IMG/VR virus record: IMGVR_UViG_3300049002_000008
Coordinates: 1-62,475 of that record
DNA from: a virus
DNA length: 62,475 nucleotides
Reading direction: 5' to 3' (one strand)
Notes under the pieces: model-generated
The model's input: only the letters and a program-made list of their open reading frames with translations
What the model was told of the DNA's origin: nothing
Databases searched by the model: none
Part shown: positions 60,365 through 62,475 of the stretch, piece by piece
Layout: each line of letters begins with the position of its first letter
Position numbering within the stretch: the first letter of the stretch is position 1
Program-made: the position numbers and the translations under genes

Positions 60365-61192
60365 GTGGCACCTGCCAGCAAGCGCACCAAAGCCAAGGCC
60401 AGCAAGGCGGCCAGCGGCGTCATCGAGATCGACCTCGACCAGGCAGAAGTGCGGGACGCGTACGACGGCGACGACCCCCGCCCCGGCTTCTACACCTTCG
60501 AGCTGGTCAGCGTGCGGGAGCACACCAGCCAGGCGGGCAACGACGGCTTCGCCTGGCTGTTCGCACTGCGCGACGACCCGCTGTACGAGGGCTGGACCCG
60601 CACCGTGCACAGCAACCTGGACAAGGACTCCACCCGGTGGAAGACCGAGGAGATCCTGATGGCGCTCAAGGGCGGCAAGAGCGTCCAGGGCACCAAGGAG
60701 GCCAAGGTGCGCCTCGACGTTAGCAGCGAGAAGGCAGTGGCCGCCTTCCTGAAGAAGGCCAAGCTGGTCCGCGGGCGGGTGCAGCGTCGCCGGGACAGCG
60801 ACGACGACGACCCGATGTTCGAGCTGGGCAAGATCATCGCCCTCGACGAGGCGCGGATGGCGGCGCGCAAGGCAGCACAGGCGGCCATCGGAGGTGACGA
60901 GGACGAGTTCGAAGACGCCGACGAATTCGAGGACGCCGACACCGAGGAAACCGAAGACGAGGACGAAGAAGAAGACGACGCCGACGAAGACGACGACGAG
61001 GACTCCGACGACGAAGAAGACGAAGACGAGGAGGAGGACGAGGAGTTCGAAGAAGACGAGGAGGAGGACGAAGAAGAAGAAGAGCCGGAGCCTCCGAAGA
61101 AGAAGGCCAAGAAGACCGCGCCCGAGAAGAAGGCCGCGGCCAAGGTGACGAACATCAAGGACGCCAAGTCGAAGAAGGCCAAGCGCAAGTAG
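60365..61192 (+). CDS. Protein with an extreme acidic low-complexity region and a basic tail (SSB-like/DNA-mimic candidate)
   Basis: GTG start. About 60 consecutive Asp/Glu-rich residues, then PPKKKAKKTAPEKKAAAK. Confidence 0.4.
   Translation: MAPASKRTKAKASKAASGVIEIDLDQAEVRDAYDGDDPRPGFYTFELVSVREHTSQAGNDGFAWLFALRDDPLYEGWTRTVHSNLDKDSTRWKTEEILMALKGGKSVQGTKEAKVRLDVSSEKAVAAFLKKAKLVRGRVQRRRDSDDDDPMFELGKIIALDEARMAARKAAQAAIGGDEDEFEDADEFEDADTEETEDEDEEEDDADEDDDEDSDDEEDEDEEEDEEFEEDEEEDEEEEEPEPPKKKAKKTAPEKKAAAKVTNIKDAKSKKAKRK
60895..61085 (+). repeat. Low-complexity (GAN)n coding repeat
   Basis: gacgaggacgag...gaagaagaagaagag, encoding the D/E run. Confidence 0.9.
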
Positions 61193-61205
61193 CCAGTTCG
61201 ACCAC

Positions 61206-61239
61206 AGAGGCCGCCACCCAATGGGTAGCGGCCTCTTTG
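61206..61239 (+). terminator. Rho-independent terminator
   Basis: agaggccgc-cacccaatgggta-gcggcctct followed by ttg. Confidence 0.65.
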
Positions 61240-61340
61240 CGTGCCATCTCTATCGGTCCTAGAACCGACGCTACGGGCTCAAGAGGGCCGAAGGGCCACC
61301 CGTGTGCTCCTGGGTACTTCTTGAACCGATCCTCGGGGTG

Positions 61341-61365
61341 CCTGCGAAGGAAGGGGGTTGGGGGT
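61341..61365 (-). repeat. Polar motif, inverted (minus-strand) copy B, in non-coding DNA
   Basis: The + strand reads cctgcgaaggaagggggttgggggt. Its reverse complement is acccccaacccccttccttcgcagg. Confidence 0.6.
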
Positions 61366-61636
61366 TGCTGAGAGGCAAAGTGGTGATGAGACAGCACCCT
61401 GGGAAACCCTATATAGGCTCAATTTTAAGAAGCCCTTACGCGCGTGAGGGGCATACCCTCTATTGAGCCAGGCCAGCCAAAAACCAAACCCGTCTCATCT
61501 CACATACAAGTGGCCCTATGTTTGGTCATGAAGCAACGTCATATTTGACGCAGAGGAGGGATACCGCAGGCATCGGTAAGCTGCGTTACGGTGTACGTCT
61601 GCCCTACCGCCAGCCCCGGTAGAGCCTAGCTCTTCT

Positions 61637-61691
61637 CGATATCTCAAATGAGAGATGAGAGATGAGATAGTTAAAGTAGTAAAGAGAGGGG
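61637..61691 (+). promoter_or_regulatory. GATATC/GA-repeat element, copy 2
   Basis: CGATATCTCAA-atgagagatgagagatgagat-AGTtaaAGTAGTAAAGAGAGGGG, 4 nt before ATG 61696. Homologous to 16945-16999. Confidence 0.6.
61648..61668. repeat. Three tandem 7-mers (ATGAGAG ATGAGAG ATGAGAT)
   Basis: Read directly. An inverted copy, tctcatctcacat, lies at about 61493-61505. Confidence 0.85.
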
Positions 61692-61695
61692 TGCC

Positions 61696-62031
61696 ATGAA
61701 GACTGGACTTTCACCGACTGCGCAACTTCGCAGAGGGATACGGGTTGGCAGTGCACAGCTCTACGTGCGTCGCAGGACCAACAAGCGGGGCAGTGACCGC
61801 ATCCTGGTGGCTCTGCCCGCCTGCGTGCGGTACGCCGTATGCGTCTGGGGGAGCTACCGGCCCACCCGGCACGGCACGGCCTTCAGCCAGGAGCTTACCG
61901 TTCTCATCTGGGAGGCTTTGCGGCTTCGGCTGGGCGAGGACGCCGAGCAGATCATCACAGACTCCTACGACGACTACGCCAAGCAGTGCGCGGACAACGG
62001 CGAGGACAACATTTTCGAGGTAGCGTCATGA
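61696..62031 (+). CDS. Hypothetical basic protein (111 aa)
   Basis: SD agagagggg precedes ATG 61696. Confidence 0.55.
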   Translation: MKTGLSPTAQLRRGIRVGSAQLYVRRRTNKRGSDRILVALPACVRYAVCVWGSYRPTRHGTAFSQELTVLIWEALRLRLGEDAEQIITDSYDDYAKQCADNGEDNIFEVAS

Positions 62032-62249
62032 AGAGCACCTCTGACGAAAGTGGTCGAGGTGGCAGCAGCCCCACCCGGCGCGAGCTGAACCAGCACCTGA
62101 CCCGCAAGCACAGTTCCGCCGTGCTCACCGGCAACACCTGGGAGCGCCTTGTGGCGCACGAGGAACTGCATACCCGCCAGCACTGGGACCACACCCATGC
62201 GGACTACGAGCTTCCTGCCGAATGGCAGGTTGCGGTGAAGGATGCCTAG
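62028..62249 (+). CDS. Hypothetical His-rich protein (73 aa)
   Basis: ATGA overlap upstream. Confidence 0.5.
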   Translation: MKSTSDESGRGGSSPTRRELNQHLTRKHSSAVLTGNTWERLVAHEELHTRQHWDHTHADYELPAEWQVAVKDA

Positions 62250-62475
62250 CCGCAACTGGGAGAAGGTCTTCAAGGCATACCTGGTCCGAAAGCAGTCGGA
62301 CGGGGAGTACAAAGCCTTCTGCCCCGCACACGAGGAGCCTGGCGCCAGCGGTACGGCGTCGGCTTCCTTCAACTTTGAGAAGGGCGTCTTCATATGCTTC
62401 TCCCGCTGCGGTGGGATGAGCATCAAAGAGTTGTACGACGCGGTGAAGGATGAACTAGAGGAGACAGCCCCGCCC
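62242..62475 (+). CDS. N-terminal zinc-finger part of the primase-helicase (continues at base 128 through the circular junction)
   Basis: ATG 62242 overlaps the upstream stop. DnaG-type CHC2 finger FCPAHEEPG...FICFSRCG. In frame with 68-2740 (62416 corresponds to base 68). Confidence 0.8.
   Translation, partial: MPSRNWEKVFKAYLVRKQSDGEYKAFCPAHEEPGASGTASASFNFEKGVFICFSRCGGMSIKELYDAVKDELEETAPP
62349..62475. repeat. Terminal overlap, copy 2 (identical to 1-127)
   Basis: Direct comparison. Confidence 0.95.

Overview
The window is one complete 62,348-bp genome. Bases 1-127 are identical to 62349-62475, so the sequence closes on itself. It is GC-rich (roughly two-thirds G+C by eye) and looks like a siphovirus-type actinobacteriophage. 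I call about 98 ORFs, all on the + strand. The long minus-strand ORFs in the track are high-GC shadow frames. Gene modules: (i) 61.7 kb through the junction to 16.9 kb holds replication and nucleotide metabolism: a DnaG-Toprim/MCM-like primase-helicase cut by the window ends, DnaE, UDG, two MazG-like proteins, a HAD phosphatase, an SDR, a Rossmann oxidoreductase, a DUF4406-like protein, a divergent ThyX, a RuvC-like resolvase and Dcd. (ii) 17.8-45.4 kb holds terminase, portal, a MuF-HExxH-ADP-ribosyltransferase fusion, scaffold, capsid, connectors, tail, tape measure, fibres and lysis genes. (iii) 45.6-53 kb is an array of small early genes. (iv) 53-61.2 kb holds an SNF2 helicase, a Cas4-like nuclease, a RecA-like ATPase and DNA-binding proteins. 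I recognised no integrase, repressor or CRISPR array. The most unusual signals are non-genic. (1) A pyrimidine-rich tract followed by TCGCAG is repeated at least 25 times across the genome, almost only on the + strand, in all three reading frames and in two intergenic spacers. (2) Ten or eleven early-gene cassettes share the layout hairpin / TTGCNN-N17-TA(G/C)TGTTCT promoter / conserved GAC(A/C)GCCGGGAGGCA start-associated leader. (3) A roughly 55-nt GATATC/GA-repeat element occurs twice, each time upstream of a block of genes. (4) A tRNA-like gene is canonical except for a 36-nt insertion in its anticodon loop. All functions are inferred from motifs read by eye. No database search was possible.
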